From Octopus sinensis (Eukaryota), in the NCBI RefSeq assembly GCF_006345805.1, contig NC_042998.1, forward strand, positions 144,336,001 through 144,400,000: a stretch of 64,000 nucleotides of DNA. The letters run 5' to 3'. Below, one piece after another: positions 38,596-51,887 of this stretch (position 1 is its first letter; every line of letters starts with the position of its first letter). Under the pieces are notes generated by a model. That model did not search any database and was not told where the DNA came from. It saw only the letters and a program-made list of their open reading frames with translations. The translations under genes were made by a program, and so were the position numbers.

Positions 38596-39111
38596 TATTT
38601 GTTCTACATTGATTTACACAGACTTTCCTGTCTTTCTTACAACCATAAAAGCAATGAATCGGTGATTGTTCCAGCGATGCTATTGTCTACCAATATATAA
38701 ATAAAAATTCTACCATTGAGAAATAGATATGTCAGAAATTGCTATGATAACAACAATAATGATGATGATGAAAAACTAACCTCGTTTTTACCATCAAGTT
38801 GGAACATTACCATTAATCTTTATAACGATGTAATCTGGTAATGAAGTGCTAGAAATGATAGAATGTAAGACTAAATTTCTTCAGGTAATTTGTTCCATTT
38901 TCCAGTGTGCTAAATACAAATACTGCTAGAGCCAATAAAAACACAATGCCAGCCATTGCTCCAACTGACAATGTCCAAAACCTCTCAAATTTGTGGCTTT
39001 GTACCCTGTCAAGAAATCCTAATATTGCAATATATAAAGCAGGTCTGTATCTTCATATATTAAATAGTAGGGAAAACTAAACATAGAGATAAGAATTAGG
39101 CAAATACTTGC

Positions 39112-39175
39112 GTTCAGCTTGACTAAGAATTATTGCCAACTGGCCGTTCCTCTTCTTTACAGTCTTTAGTTCTGC
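39112..39175 (-). CDS. GKAP1: GKAP1-like exon, 64 nt, phase 0-1: AELKTVKKRNGQLAIILSQAE (GC donor proposed)
   Basis: gatttcag| acceptor; peptide matches GKAP1 AKYKEVKARNAQLLKMLQEGE; phase 1 requires the donor GAAC|gcaagt (see findings). Confidence 0.82.
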
Positions 39176-39940
39176 CTGAAATCATAAAATATAAAACAAA
39201 ATATAAGAAACTGAATCTAAAGTTTATGAATAACATAATTAGAAAACTTAACTTCACAGTGAATGTCAAACACTTACGAGCTGTTGGATGATGGCAGCAG
39301 CCAATACATCATAAACAGTCATTTAACACAATCATTTCTACACTCACGAAGTGGTTGGCATTAGGAAGGGCATCCAGCTGTAGAAATACTGCCAGATCAG
39401 ACTGGAGCCTGGTGCAGCCTCCTGCCTTCCCAGACCCCAATCAAACCGTCCAACCCGTACTAGCATGGAAAACGGACATTAAACGATGATGATAATGATG
39501 ATTAACTTCGTCTTTCTAGTCCTGTCTTGACTATTCAACCTCTCTAGCATTGGTGCCACCAGAAAATGCACCCAGTTACATTCTGTAAGTGTTTGGTTAT
39601 TGGAAGGGCTAGTAGTTGGTTGTAGAAATTATGATACGCATATATATAATACATATACACATCATCATTTAACATCCATTTTCCATGCTGGCATGGGCTG
39701 GATAATTTGACAAGAACTAGTAAGGCCAGGGGCCACACCAGGTTCCATAGTCTGTTTTGACTTGGTTTCTATGACTGGATGCACTTATTAATGCTAACCA
39801 TTTTACAGAGTGTACTGGGTGCTTTTTATGTGGCACCAGCACCCATACCAATGCTTTTTTATGGGCACCTTGGTATCACATATATACATATCTCTCTCTC
39901 CACACACACACACAAATTCTTTTTATTTGTTTATTTGTTT

Positions 39941-40040
39941 NNNNNNNNNNNNNNNNNNNNNNNNNNNNNNNNNNNNNNNNNNNNNNNNNNNNNNNNNNNN
40001 NNNNNNNNNNNNNNNNNNNNNNNNNNNNNNNNNNNNNNNN
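39941..40040. other. Assembly gap of 100 N
   Basis: Run of exactly 100 N, typical of a scaffolding gap of unknown size, inside a GKAP1 intron. Confidence 0.99.
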
Positions 40041-40346
40041 AGACTGGAAATGAACAAGAACGTACACACTCACAAAACTCATAAGGCTTTGGTTGGCCTG
40101 GGACTATAGTAGAAAACACTTATCCAATGTGCTGGTGCTGTAACAAGGGAATGAACACAAGACCACATGGTTGGGAAGCAAGCTACAAAACCACACAGCC
40201 AGACCTGTTCAGATATTACACCTATTTTTTATCAACATCCCTCAGCTTTCCTTCCCAACAAACACCCAACATCAATTTCGCTCTCATTTCAAACACCTTC
40301 CAAACCCACACTGTAATGTGCAATATGTACAACAAACCATACTTAC

Positions 40347-40448
40347 TTCTAGTGTCCCTACTTTATCTTTTAACTTCTTGGCTTCTTTTTCTTTCTCTTT
40401 TATCTCTTCTTCATGTTTGGCAGTCAATACACTTTGAACAGCATATTG
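40347..40448 (-). CDS. GKAP1: GKAP1-like exon, 102 nt, phase 0-0: QYAVQSVLTAKHEEEIKEKEKEAKKLKDKVGTLE
   Basis: ctatttag| acceptor, GAA|gtaagt donor; coiled-coil character matching GKAP1 LELERKDAEIQKLKNVITQWE. Confidence 0.85.
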
Positions 40449-40899
40449 CTAAATAGAAATTCAATATGAGTAGACGTGGATAGATATTAGTTTCTTGCAG
40501 TTTTTACATACAAAGACAAATTCAAAAAATGAAGTGGTTTCATTCATGCATTTAAGAATGTTAGCAATATCAAAGACTCAATTCCAACCCATATTGAAAC
40601 TTCAAAACTGGCACTCTGTCAGTTATGATGATGAAGGTTCCAGTTGGTTAACAGAACAGTCTGATGCAAGTGTATGAGCACTGTACAGACATGCATACCC
40701 GTAACATGATTCTCAGGGAAATTCAGCAGGACACAGAATGTGACAAAGCTGGGCCTGTGAAATATGAGTACTACACAATTTTGCCAGCCGATACAATGTG
40801 CTGCTGGGAATCAAACTCATCACCTTATGATCTTGAGTCGAATATTCTAACCACTAAGCCATGTACCTTCACACAAATTAAAACTTAGCTGTATGTTAA

Positions 40900-41101
40900 C
40901 CCTTTTGTTACGATATTTCAGTTAAAATCTACTGCCTTTGTTTTAATTTTGTAACTAACGATGAATTTAGTAAAATCACTTATTAAGTCAGTATTTAGAA
41001 CATGAAATTTTGATGGAAAGTTTCAATGTAGATCACTTTAAAACAGGAGATTTTGTGTCAGAGAACCAGGGATAGTCTCAGGCAGGTTATTATAAAAAAG
41101 G
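40900..41101. mobile_element. piggyBac-like MITE, family B-related
   Basis: ttaa|cccttttgttac ... aaaagg|ttaa; similar copy near 56068-56280. Confidence 0.6.
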
Positions 41102-41574
41102 TTAAGTGTTAAATAGCTCAAGGTTTTTGGGGAGGCAGTGACCAAGACCTATGGCATTATGTTGTGCTTGAGAAGAAGACTCATCAAGCCAAGCAGAATC
41201 ACAGTTGTGACAGATACCGATGTCATGCAAATGGCACCCGTGCTGGTGGCACATTAAAGCACCCATTACACTCTTGGAGTGGTTGGCATTAAGAAGGGCA
41301 TCCAGCCGTAAAAAACCATGCCAAATCAGACTGGATCCTGGCACAGCCTTCCAGTATGCCAGCCCAGTCAAACCACCCAACCCATGCCAGCATGGACAAC
41401 AGACATTAGATGATGAAGAAAAGTTTCATGAGATCATGGAAAAAATAACAAAATGCTACCAAAGTCTAAACTCAAAAATTAACAATGATTTTAGAGAAGA
41501 CATCATCACCAAAAATCGCAGAAATTACAACTTATGAAGTAGAACATACAATTGAAGAAATGTAAAGTTCTAGG

Positions 41575-42600
41575 ACAAGACACAAATCAGATCGCTCCTT
41601 CCAAGTCCAAGTTAATGGTTCGCGGTCCAACGTCTCCAGTGCAAGCAGTGGTGTGCCTCAAGGTTCAGTGCTTGGGCCCTTATTGTTCTTAGTCTCCATA
41701 AATGACTTGCCCGACGACCTCACGCAACACACCCTTCTATTTGCCGACGATGTCAAACTGGTCGCTCCTCGCGGTGATATAGAGGATCTTCGTCGATGCC
41801 TCCACCAAATTTGGAGATGGTCTAACAAATGGGACCTGTGTCTGAACATGTCAAAGTGCTGTCATCTGCCTGTTGGCTCTCCTCCTGCAACTCAACTTGA
41901 TTTCGAGCCGGGTCGTCTGCTGCTGGAGAGGACCGATCAGGTAAAGGACCTGGGTATCTTGGTGGATTCCTCCTTTTCGCCTTCGGCCCAGTGCGTCCAT
42001 GCTGCCAACAAAGCATGCGGAGTTCTGTTCTTGATTTAATGTTCATTTGGAATGCTCACAGCAGCTATATTCCTACCGCTCTATGTTACGCTGGTGAGAC
42101 TCATATTGGAGTACGAGATTCAAGCCTCTTCTCCTTATCTCCTCAAAGACATACAGCATCTCGAAAGAGTCCAGAAGCTGGCTACCCGCATGGTTCTTGG
42201 TCTTAAGAATTTGTCTTATGAAAAAAGGCTGAAGACGCTCGACCTTTATTCTCTAGAAAAATGACGACGCCATGGTGATCTCATTCTTGCTCACAAAATC
42301 ATAAGCGGAAAGTGTAACCTCTCGAAGGAGCTGTTCTTCACTCCTGCTCCAGAGCGTTGGCTGCGGGGTCATTCCGAAAAGCTCTATCTGCGACAATTTC
42401 ATCTCAATCGAAGGAGAGGGGCTTTCTCCATCCGGGTTGCAGATCCGTGGAATAAGCTGCCGATGACCGCTCGGTTTAAAGTCTCCCTTGACCACAAGTG
42501 GCCTGAACTCTTTACATGAACACCACCCTGTACATAACTCCATGTCCCCCAACATGGCCTTGCTTTTTTGCTTTTTGAGCCAAAAAATTAACTAACAAAA
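41575..42600 (+). mobile_element. 5'-truncated CR1-like LINE, relatively young (CpG retained)
   Basis: VPQGSVLGPLLF, LFADDVKL, KDLGILVD, LERVQKLATR and LRGHSEKL motifs; several stops. Confidence 0.9.
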
Positions 42601-43030
42601 CAACTGATGTCTGAAAGATTCTAAAGAAACAACCTTAGAGCAAATTGGCAAACAAAGCAAAATCCCTACAAGTCATGCACAATAATTATTCTGCCACACA
42701 AAAAAGGGTAACACAAAAGACAGCAATCTAGCAACTTATAATTTGAACAACAGAATAAATCTTATGGTTGGAAGAAGAAAGGAAGTCTTTGAGGGCAAGG
42801 AAAAAAAAAGTCAACTGGTGTTAAAGGATAAATAAATTGGGGTGGGGTTTAGTGAGTGAGAGAAAAGAAGAGGAGGTGAAAGAGAAGGAAAAGAGATGTA
42901 TTACTAGACAGGAGGAATGGTAAGAGCAAGGAAAAAATAAAAATAAATGCCAAGTAGTTATGTAAAGCACTGGGAGGTAGGAAGGAAATAATAACAGGGA
43001 AACATTATACATACAAAGACAAACACACAG

Positions 43031-43087
<57 letters not shown>

Positions 43088-44341
43088 AACACACACACAC
43101 AAGGGATCTCTAATTTCACACATCTTTTTAAAGTCACTGGTTTTGCACTTTCAAAGACAGGAAACAGACCTCTTACATGAATAAAAGGGTTAGCAAAGGA
43201 AGGATACCCTACTGTAAAATAATGCTTCAGTATATCAGACTATATCTGTCTTACCCATGCTAATGGAAAACATGTAAAATGAACAAGTGATACATATATT
43301 AAATACTTAGATACACACATGTACAGAAGTATATGGGAATAAAGCAAAAATACATAAAATGCAAAAAAAAAGTATGTAATTCCTGGAGCCATATATATAT
43401 ATGCACACACACACAATCACCATCATGTTAATGTCCATTTTTCCATGTTTGCATTAGACAAATAAGAGTCACTGAGGCAAACTTTTAATTTTTTTTGTGG
43501 TTGGGTACCCTTCTTGTCACTGACTCACACTGGTTTTCAAGTAAGGCAATATTTCCCTATAGTCAGACATGTTTTCATGAACAAATGGAGACAAAGGCTG
43601 ATAGACTGGATTTGATATTGAAAGATCTTAAAAGAAACACAGGATGATGATTAAGATGGGTTGAATTGAATAGACTTGATGAAAATCAGAAATCAAAAAA
43701 AGGAAGCAGTGCTCACCTAGTACCTATTTCATCAGCCCCAAAAAGATAAAAGGCAAAGTCAACCTTGGCAGACTTTGAATTCAAAACATAAAGACAGACA
43801 AAATACTGCTGAGTATTTTGCTCAGCACAGTAACAATTCTACCATCTCATTGGTACAATTTAAGATGACACACCCAAGAAAGATGACATACCAGTTGTGG
43901 GTAAGTGCTTTTCATAAGCTACAAGCAGTTAACAGTATTTAGAATTATCATTAACTACATGTGCTTTATGATAAAAGATAAAGATGTAGTCAAAGCATTT
44001 TTCCTACAACAGGCTATACGTGTTGAGGTACTTAGTTCAATCCCTAATCCCAGCTGGAACCATTGCTGTACTCCTAAACAGGCATATTTTACTGTTTACT
44101 TAATCTTCAGGAGCTGGAAATAAGAGCATCTCTAGATTCACAACTGAATGCTAATTAGTAATGAAATATCAAATTAATTGATAAGTCAATAATGCATGTG
44201 TGTGCGAGAATGTTGATGTGTGTGTATTTGATGTTATCAGCAAGCAAAAAATTTTTAAATCTAAAACTCAAATTTCAATTTTATGCTTAATTTTTTTTTT
44301 AGATTGGAGTGAAAATAGAATAAAAAGAAAAAAAGATTTAC

Positions 44342-44457
44342 TTTCCGGTATTCTTCTTGCATCTTTTCATTATGCCGAATGCGGTTGTAGCCAGCTTTCG
44401 CATTATCAAGACAATTGGACTCTCCATCATTATTCAGTGAGGCTTCATGTTTGGCAC
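44342..44457 (-). CDS. GKAP1: GKAP1-like exon, 116 nt, phase 1-0: (G)AKHEASLNNDGESNCLDNAKAGYNRIRHNEKMQEEYRK
   Basis: ttttgaag| acceptor, AAA|gtaaat donor; phase-1 start matches the preceding exon; weak similarity to GKAP1 LEDDVHKILIREKRRE. Confidence 0.8.
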
Positions 44458-45544
44458 CTTCAAAATAATGAAAACAAGACAAAGCAAGATATTAATTAAA
44501 TATAGAGTTGCAACATCAGGTAAAGGGTAAAGATCCCTCTTTGGTCACAAATGACCATGGGATTGCAATGAGAAAGTTCCCTTCTGAAGCACAGGTCTGG
44601 GCAAGGTTATTCATACCAGCCTCTTCTATTCCATGCAATTGATGCTATCCAAGAGAAAAGGCAAAAGCTGATACAGCTTGGCACCAGTGACACTGCAACT
44701 CATTTCTATAGCTGAGTAAACTGGAGTGACATAAAATAAGGTGTCTTGCTGCAGAACAACACACAGCCCAGTCTGGGAATTGAACTCACTACCTCATGAT
44801 CATGAACCTCACACTCTAACCACTCAGCCATGCACCTTCACCACAAAGTAAACATGTGACTGATTTAATAAATCACAACCCACACCAGCCTGGAACATGG
44901 ATGTTAAATGATGATTCATTCTTACTGACACAAACCATAACACAACAGGATTAAATGAAAGGCTCTAAAACAGTTCCTAAACAAAAGTTTTAACTGAAGG
45001 ACTTTATTTTATAGGAATGAAAGGCAAACAGATGTCAGTACTTTATGATGGTGACATTTGTTTACAGGCATAGCTGTGTGGTAAGAAGTTTGCTTCCCAA
45101 CCACATGGTTCCCGATTCAGTCTCACTGCATGGCGCCTTCAGCAAGTGTCTTCTACTATAGCCTTGGGCTAACCAAAGTTTTGTGAGTAGATTTGGTAGA
45201 CTGAAATGGAAAGAAGCCTGTCATACAGATATACCTATACATGTCTGTTTTTGTCCCCCACCACTGCTTGACAACTGGTGTTGGTATGGTTATACTCTCC
45301 GTAACTTAGTAGTTCAGCAAAAAAGACTGATAGAATAAGAACCAGGCTTTCCAAAATACAAGTACTGGGGTTGATAAATTCAACTAAAATTCTTTAAGGC
45401 GGTATCCCAGCAAGGCAGCAGTCTAATGACAGAAACAAAAAATAGAAGATAAAATGGTTGATTTAAATGCTAAAGGGTTAAATCCTGGACAACTGCTCAA
45501 CCCACCCCAAAGATGACATCTTGAGTAAAAAATATTTATACAGT

Positions 45545-46030
45545 ATATTTACCACCCAACTGTATGTCGTTTACCAAACCTCCAAACCCCAAAATATTGA
45601 ACTTTAAGACTCACTTTTCATGAAATGTCTTTTAGATGCAGTGAATGCTGGCAAATCTGTACTGACAATTATTAAAGAATTGAATATTAAGAATGCTGTC
45701 TGGTTTGTTGCCAGAGGATGGAAGATGCTGGAAGCATCTACACTAAAGAAAACCTGGCATAAGGTGTGGCCTGCTTTGATATTTGATAATTCATCTGATG
45801 AAAATGTTGACAATGATTTCACAGACTTTAAATATCAAAGGAAAAAGTGTTTGTAAGTCGCTTGAGTATGCAAAAAATGTTACAGGATCTTTGTTGAGGA
45901 TGTAGTAAATAATAATGAAAATCTGACAGAACAGAGTATATTAGTAATAAAATACCTATTGTGCATCATCTTAGAGACCTGCAAATTACAGACACAGCTG
46001 TGAATGATTAAAATATAGCGAATGAAGATG
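45545..46030 (+). mobile_element. pogo/Tigger-like transposase C-terminal fragment
   Basis: LNIKNAVWFVARGW....STLKKTWHKVWP followed by an acidic stretch (ORF 45620-45856). Confidence 0.65.
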
Positions 46031-47750
46031 CAACAAAGCTTCCCAATGACAGGTCAAGTTGGTGAGTGAAGTAATCAAAGGGATATTCTTTTTCATATTC
46101 ATCTTGTATCTTCATCTCACATATCTCCCTCTCTTTCTTTCTGTCCAGATGGAGAAGCCATGTATTCATCTCTTTAACAAAATATCTGCTCCTGTCTCTC
46201 TATCATACTTCCACCTCCATCAATACTACACTCCCACTCAATTGAAGTCTTGTCATGTGAGTACTTTCTGATCCCACTAGTGCTGGTGTCACAAAAAAGT
46301 GTCCAGTACATTTAATGAAGTGATTGGCATTAGGAAGGACATCCAGCAAGTAGAAACCATGTTAAATCAGACATTGGAGACCAATACAGACCTCAGGCTA
46401 GTTGGATCATGCCAAACTATTCAACCTATGCCAGCATGGAAAAAGGTATGTTAAATGATGACAGAGCAACCTACTGTCCTTATGTAACACAAACTAATAA
46501 ATTTACATTTCAAAAACACATGAAACAACTTTGCTTGGATGACGTGTCCTGTTGCTTCAACATCAAGTATCTGAGACAGCCCACATACAACATCAGAAAT
46601 CCAAGATGAAATGATTAACTACATTGAAAAAAAGAAAAAAAAAAAGAAGAACTGTAATCTTGAGTGTTCAACTTTCAGACTTACATGATTAACTTCATGG
46701 TTCCAGTCTGAGAGCAGTGATGCAGCAGCATTCTTTGTAAGTACAGTAGTTAATAAATTTACAAAATAGATTTATCTCTGGCAGGAGTCTTGCTCCAACC
46801 ATGGATTTGGTCATCATACCATCATACAATGTGGACTGAGTTTCCTGTTGAACCAACTCTGATATCTAATAAAGCGTTCACAACACTTACAGTATGCAAA
46901 TCTCCAGTTCTCTGAAGCTATTAGATTTGATGTGTATATGAATAGATTGGCAACTTTTTCTGTTGATTGCTCACGAGACACACACACCTTAGATGAGAAC
47001 CCCGTAAGGGTTGAAAATTAAGGCTGTTCTTCATTTTTTCAATCTATGGAGAAATAGGTAAATTTGCCGTGTATGTCTACTAGGTCGTCGTCATCATCAT
47101 TTAGCATCTGCTTTCCATGCTACCATGGGTTAGACAGTTTGACTGAAACTGATAAGCTGGAAAGGCTTCAATTTGATTTGGCATGGTTTTTATGGCTGGA
47201 TGCCCTTCCTAACGCCAATCACACCAAGAGTTTAATGGGTGTTTTTTACATGCCACCAGTATGGGTGCCAGTTACACAACACCAGCATCAGCCACAACTA
47301 TGATTTCACTTGGCTTGACAAGTCTTCTCAGGTAGGGCATATTGCCAAGGGTTTTGAACACTTATAACATCCATGAGGCCCAATGTTTGAATAATGTTTT
47401 TTACATGCCTTTTTTTACTTGGCTTGACGGGTCATCTCAAGCATGGCATATTACCAAAGGTCTGAGTCATTTGTCATTTCCTTCATGAGGCTTGAAGTAT
47501 GAAGATCATGCTTCACCACCTCGTCCTGTATCTTCCTGGGTCTACCTCTTCCACAGGCTACCTCCACAGTTAGAGATCAGCACTTTTTTTACACAGCTGT
47601 CCTTATGTAGGTTTGTTTAAAAGATATATATATGTAACCATATGAATACTAAGTTTGTCAACTGTCTAACATACACAAATAGTGAACTTGCCAATTGTCT
47701 AATATACATACAAAAGATAAAATCCTAGTAATGAAATTATGTAACTGTAC

Positions 47751-47874
47751 CTGATTTGTTGGAGTTTGGAACCTTATTTTTGGGTTGTTCTGTGTTGGTG
47801 GGAATAACTTGCTTTTCTTTTTTCTTTTTCTTCTTACTTTCTGCCTGTGTTTTACCTTCTGAGCTGTTTCCTTT
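47751..47874 (-). CDS. GKAP1: GKAP1-like exon, 124 nt, phase 0-1: KGNSSEGKTQAESKKKKKKEKQVIPTNTEQPKNKVPNSNKS
   Basis: ttttccag| acceptor, CAG|gtacag donor; lysine-rich low-complexity segment at the position of the GKAP1 KKDKRK region; phase fits both neighbours. Confidence 0.8.
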
Positions 47875-49031
47875 CTGGAAAAAACAAAACCCCAGTATAC
47901 AAATAAAATAAAATGTTTACTATTACTCTCTCCAGGTATCATCTCTAATTTAACTGCACAACTTCTGCAATTAACTTTACTAATATTTATCCTTTTTGTT
48001 ACCATATTTCTTTTAAAATACAGTTTTTGATTCAATTGATATAAAAAATATTGAAAAATATAGTAAAGTAACTCCATTGTTATTAAGCTGTTTGGAACAT
48101 AAATTGCTTTCTATTAAAGAAAAGCACAAGACCTGATAGTAAGCTAGTGGGGCTAGTCAAGCAAATTTGACCATGACAGAATTAGAGCTCAGAACGTATT
48201 GCTGGAAGTAATGTTGCTAAGTATTTTGTCCAGCATGCTAATGATTCTGCCAGCTTGAGACATAAAATAACCTGAAATTTTAAAAGGGAATTTTAGCATA
48301 AACCACTTAAAATCAGTAAGGCTGCACCTTAAAACCAATGGTAATCTTGTGTGGTTTTGTATCAAATGGGTTATGCATTCAATACTAGTCATTCTATACA
48401 TAAATACCAATTCCAAACAATCTCCTGGGTTTTTTTTTCAGTGTCGAAATGGATGTTGAAAATTTAATCAACTGCACATTATTGGAAAAGACAAGCACTA
48501 TAAATATAAGTCGTGTTAAATAATGATGTATTTTATAATTTTTTTTTTATTTCTTCAGTCAGATGTTCCTTACATCTACATACTGAATTGTTAAAGTAAG
48601 CCACACAGACTAAAGTGGAGTTATGTGAATAATCAAATACAACAGCATTGCTGTAACCACAGTTGGAACTCCTGACTAGAGGTCAAAAGGCCAGCTCCTT
48701 AACCTCACCAAATGTCTAAATAAAAAAATAAAGTAATAAAACTATCCCATTTGTAAAACATTAGGAAAGATAGACAAAACAACTTAGAGGAATGACATGA
48801 AAGAGTTACAACTAATAACACATAATAACAATACTAATAACTCTGACACAAGGCCATAAATGGAAAGAGGTATAAACAATTTAACTGACTGGTAACTATT
48901 TCATCTACCCTAAACGGTGCAGCAGGGCTGTGTGGTTAAAAGTTTGCTGCCCAACTGCATGATTTTTGGGTTTGGTCTTCTACCAAAGCCTTGTGAGTGG
49001 ATTTGACACTTGGAAATTGAAAGAATCCCAT

Positions 49032-49063
<32 letters not shown>

Positions 49064-49066
<3 letters not shown>

Positions 49067-49241
49067 GGAGGTGCTGAAAAGTTCCTGATGGTAAGGATAT
49101 TTATAGGACTTACAAAAACTGAAAGACCACTGCCCATAAGTGTGTAAATCTGAGTGGGAAATATGTTGAAAAAATTCATAATTAACTGATCATCTTGTAT
49201 TTTCTTTTACCCAAAGCCAGGAACTTTTCAGCACCCTCTCA
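49064..49241. mobile_element. mariner-type MITE inserted in a SINE
   Basis: TIRs ggtgctgaaaagttcctg and caggaacttttcagcacc with TA-like ends. Confidence 0.7.
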
Positions 49242-49699
49242 TATATACTTTGTCTTGACATTGCATGATAGTTGTAAATGAGTGCCACTGTCATACAAGC
49301 AGTGTCATTCATTTCCAATATTCTGCAAAAATATGCCTGGCCATGGGGAAAGTTATCTTACATGTGAGGGTTGGTAATGGGCTACTTTTTGTTTCCATCA
49401 GCCAAATTCACTCACTTGCCCAAGACTCTATGCAGTAAGATTGACCCTGAAACTATACAGTTGGAAAATAAACATCTTAACCACACAGCCTTATCTGCAC
49501 CAATAGACATGCCTGCAGCTAATTAAAGCAAACAATAAGAGAAAAAACAAGAATCTACCATCATTCTACACCTTAGAGCTTTAACAGTTGCAGAGGCTTA
49601 CTCTCTCCTGTTTTAAAGTTGCAGCACAAAATTGGAATAAAAAAAAAGAAAGAAAAAAGAAAAGGAAAAGGGTAGAAGGGTTAAATTTTAGTGACATAC

Positions 49700-49786
49700 T
49701 TCTTTTGTAGGTTTTTTCTGTTCAAATTCCAACCTGCTAAGGAGTAATGCTTGTTGCAGATCTTTCTCATAGATATCCGTTGTAAA
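49700..49786 (-). CDS. GKAP1: GKAP1-like exon, 87 nt, phase 0-0: FTTDIYEKDLQQALLLSRLEFEQKKPTKE
   Basis: ttttgcag| acceptor, GAA|gtatgt donor; matches GKAP1 motif FEADLEKALLLSKLEYEE. Confidence 0.9.
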
Positions 49787-51887
49787 CTGCAAAAGAAACT
49801 CAGTTTCATAATGTTCTGAAATACGACATCAAACCAAAGTCAACAAGTCCTTCCTTAACATGTGTGGATTGTGGGAAGGAAAGAAGAGAAAGAGAAGGAT
49901 AAACTTTCGATATTCTTGCATGACTGTAATTTAAGTAAAAGGCTTTAAATAACAGCTTGCAGCAGTTTAATGAATATCTCACTTTCTTCCACAAGCAAAT
50001 AATAGCAAAGTGACATGGAAGAATGTAAAAACAGAATTTTTTGAAAAAATGTTAAAACATCACCATTGTCTTCATGACCATTGTTAATTACATGGAAGCA
50101 ACATGCCTTCCCTCTTGCATTACACTTCAAATTCAAGTAAAGCTTGTTCTTTAAGGTTTCTTTTAAATGTAACCAAATTCTCTATCAAACAAACATGACA
50201 TAGCTTGTTAAAAAACACAGCAAGATCCAATCTTTACCTTGCTAATATGAAGCAGATGAACTGTATTCTTTTCCTATCACCAAACCAAAAACTTAAGTGG
50301 GTTATAAGCTATTTCGTACTTAACCACACTTTGCTTGAGAAAAATTGGATACATCATCATCATCCTCACCATCATTATCATCTGATGTTTGTGTTTCCAT
50401 GCTCACATGGGTCAGACAGTTTGATAGAGCCTGACGAGCTGCAGAGCTGTATCAGGCTCCAGTGTCAACTTTCACATGGTTTCTATAGCTGGGTGTCCTT
50501 CCTGATGCCAACCACTTTAGTGTGTACTGATGCTTTTTGCATGACATTAGCACTAGTGAGGTTACCAAGAAACTTGCAAAACAAAAATGGAAAAACCCTT
50601 TCAATTGAATGGGAGCACATTTGAGATGGGTGATGGTGGCTTTGTACCAGGTGTCAAAGGCTAAAGTTTGATAGGACAAGCACAGGTGTCTTGTTAATAG
50701 AAATAGTATTTGTACAAATTCAGAAAATCTGGTACATCTAATTAGGATTAAGATGAAAAAAGAAAAAGAAAAAAAATTCCTTTTTTATGCTGCACTCTGA
50801 GGAAATTGACAAGCCCATAGTTCATAGACATTACTTCAGAACAGGATGACAAAAGAGAAATGATTAAGTTGATAACATAACTGGATTATCAAAGACAAAG
50901 TGATTCAGATTACTAAATTACCCAAGAGGAAATGTTTAAGTATAAAATTAGACCCTCTAAGACAAAATCGTTGTATTTCTGTTAAAATACACTACCTTAC
51001 CTTTGTTTCAATTAATTTTAAAAATAATTAAAAAGGTTTAAATAGCTAAGATAACTAGATTATCAAGTCTCAAGTAGGGTGGTATCAGAAGCTTTAAGTA
51101 GCTAAGATAATTAGATTACCAAACTCACAAACACTAAGGTTCAATTCTTACAACTGATTTTATGTGACTCTAAACAAAAATATTTCATCTTCTCTACCTC
51201 AAATCTACATAGGTGTGGAGAATAAGTAACAAATTTTCATAAATAACTACAAGAAAATCAGCATCCTAGAATTGTGAATATTTATATAATATGGGGTTGA
51301 CATAATAATGTGCAAAACTGGCAATGACTGGAAAAAAAGAGAAACAGAGATCAGTCAAAACTTTGAAACGAGTACCACACTGTTACACTAAAAACAAGTT
51401 AAAGGAGGAGGATAAATTTATATAGGATTTAGAAGGGTCTTAGAGCAAGCCAATTATTAACCGAGGCACTATCTTGTGGTTTTACAACTGTTTTGTCTTT
51501 TTTTATATATAAATTTATCTTCTATGTCCCCTTCAATATCAATTAAAAATAATGATCCAAAAGTGGAATATAACACAATGATATTCTAACAGTAGGAAAA
51601 AGAATTCTATAATTGACGCCAAATCCAATTGAAAATTTTCTAAAAAAGGAAAAACTTAATTAAAAACTAACCCAATGACATATCCTTCCATTTGCTAGTC
51701 CACTAACATGTAAACAGGATCTATATAGAGGCAGAATTTACTGCTGTAAGTAACAAGAATACTGTTTACTCTGCTCGACTGCCATTTTGGACATATTAAA
51801 TGTATACAGTATACAGATATGAAATCATCATTGTTTAATGCCCGCTTTCCATGCTGTTAAACAATAATGATATATATATATATATAT

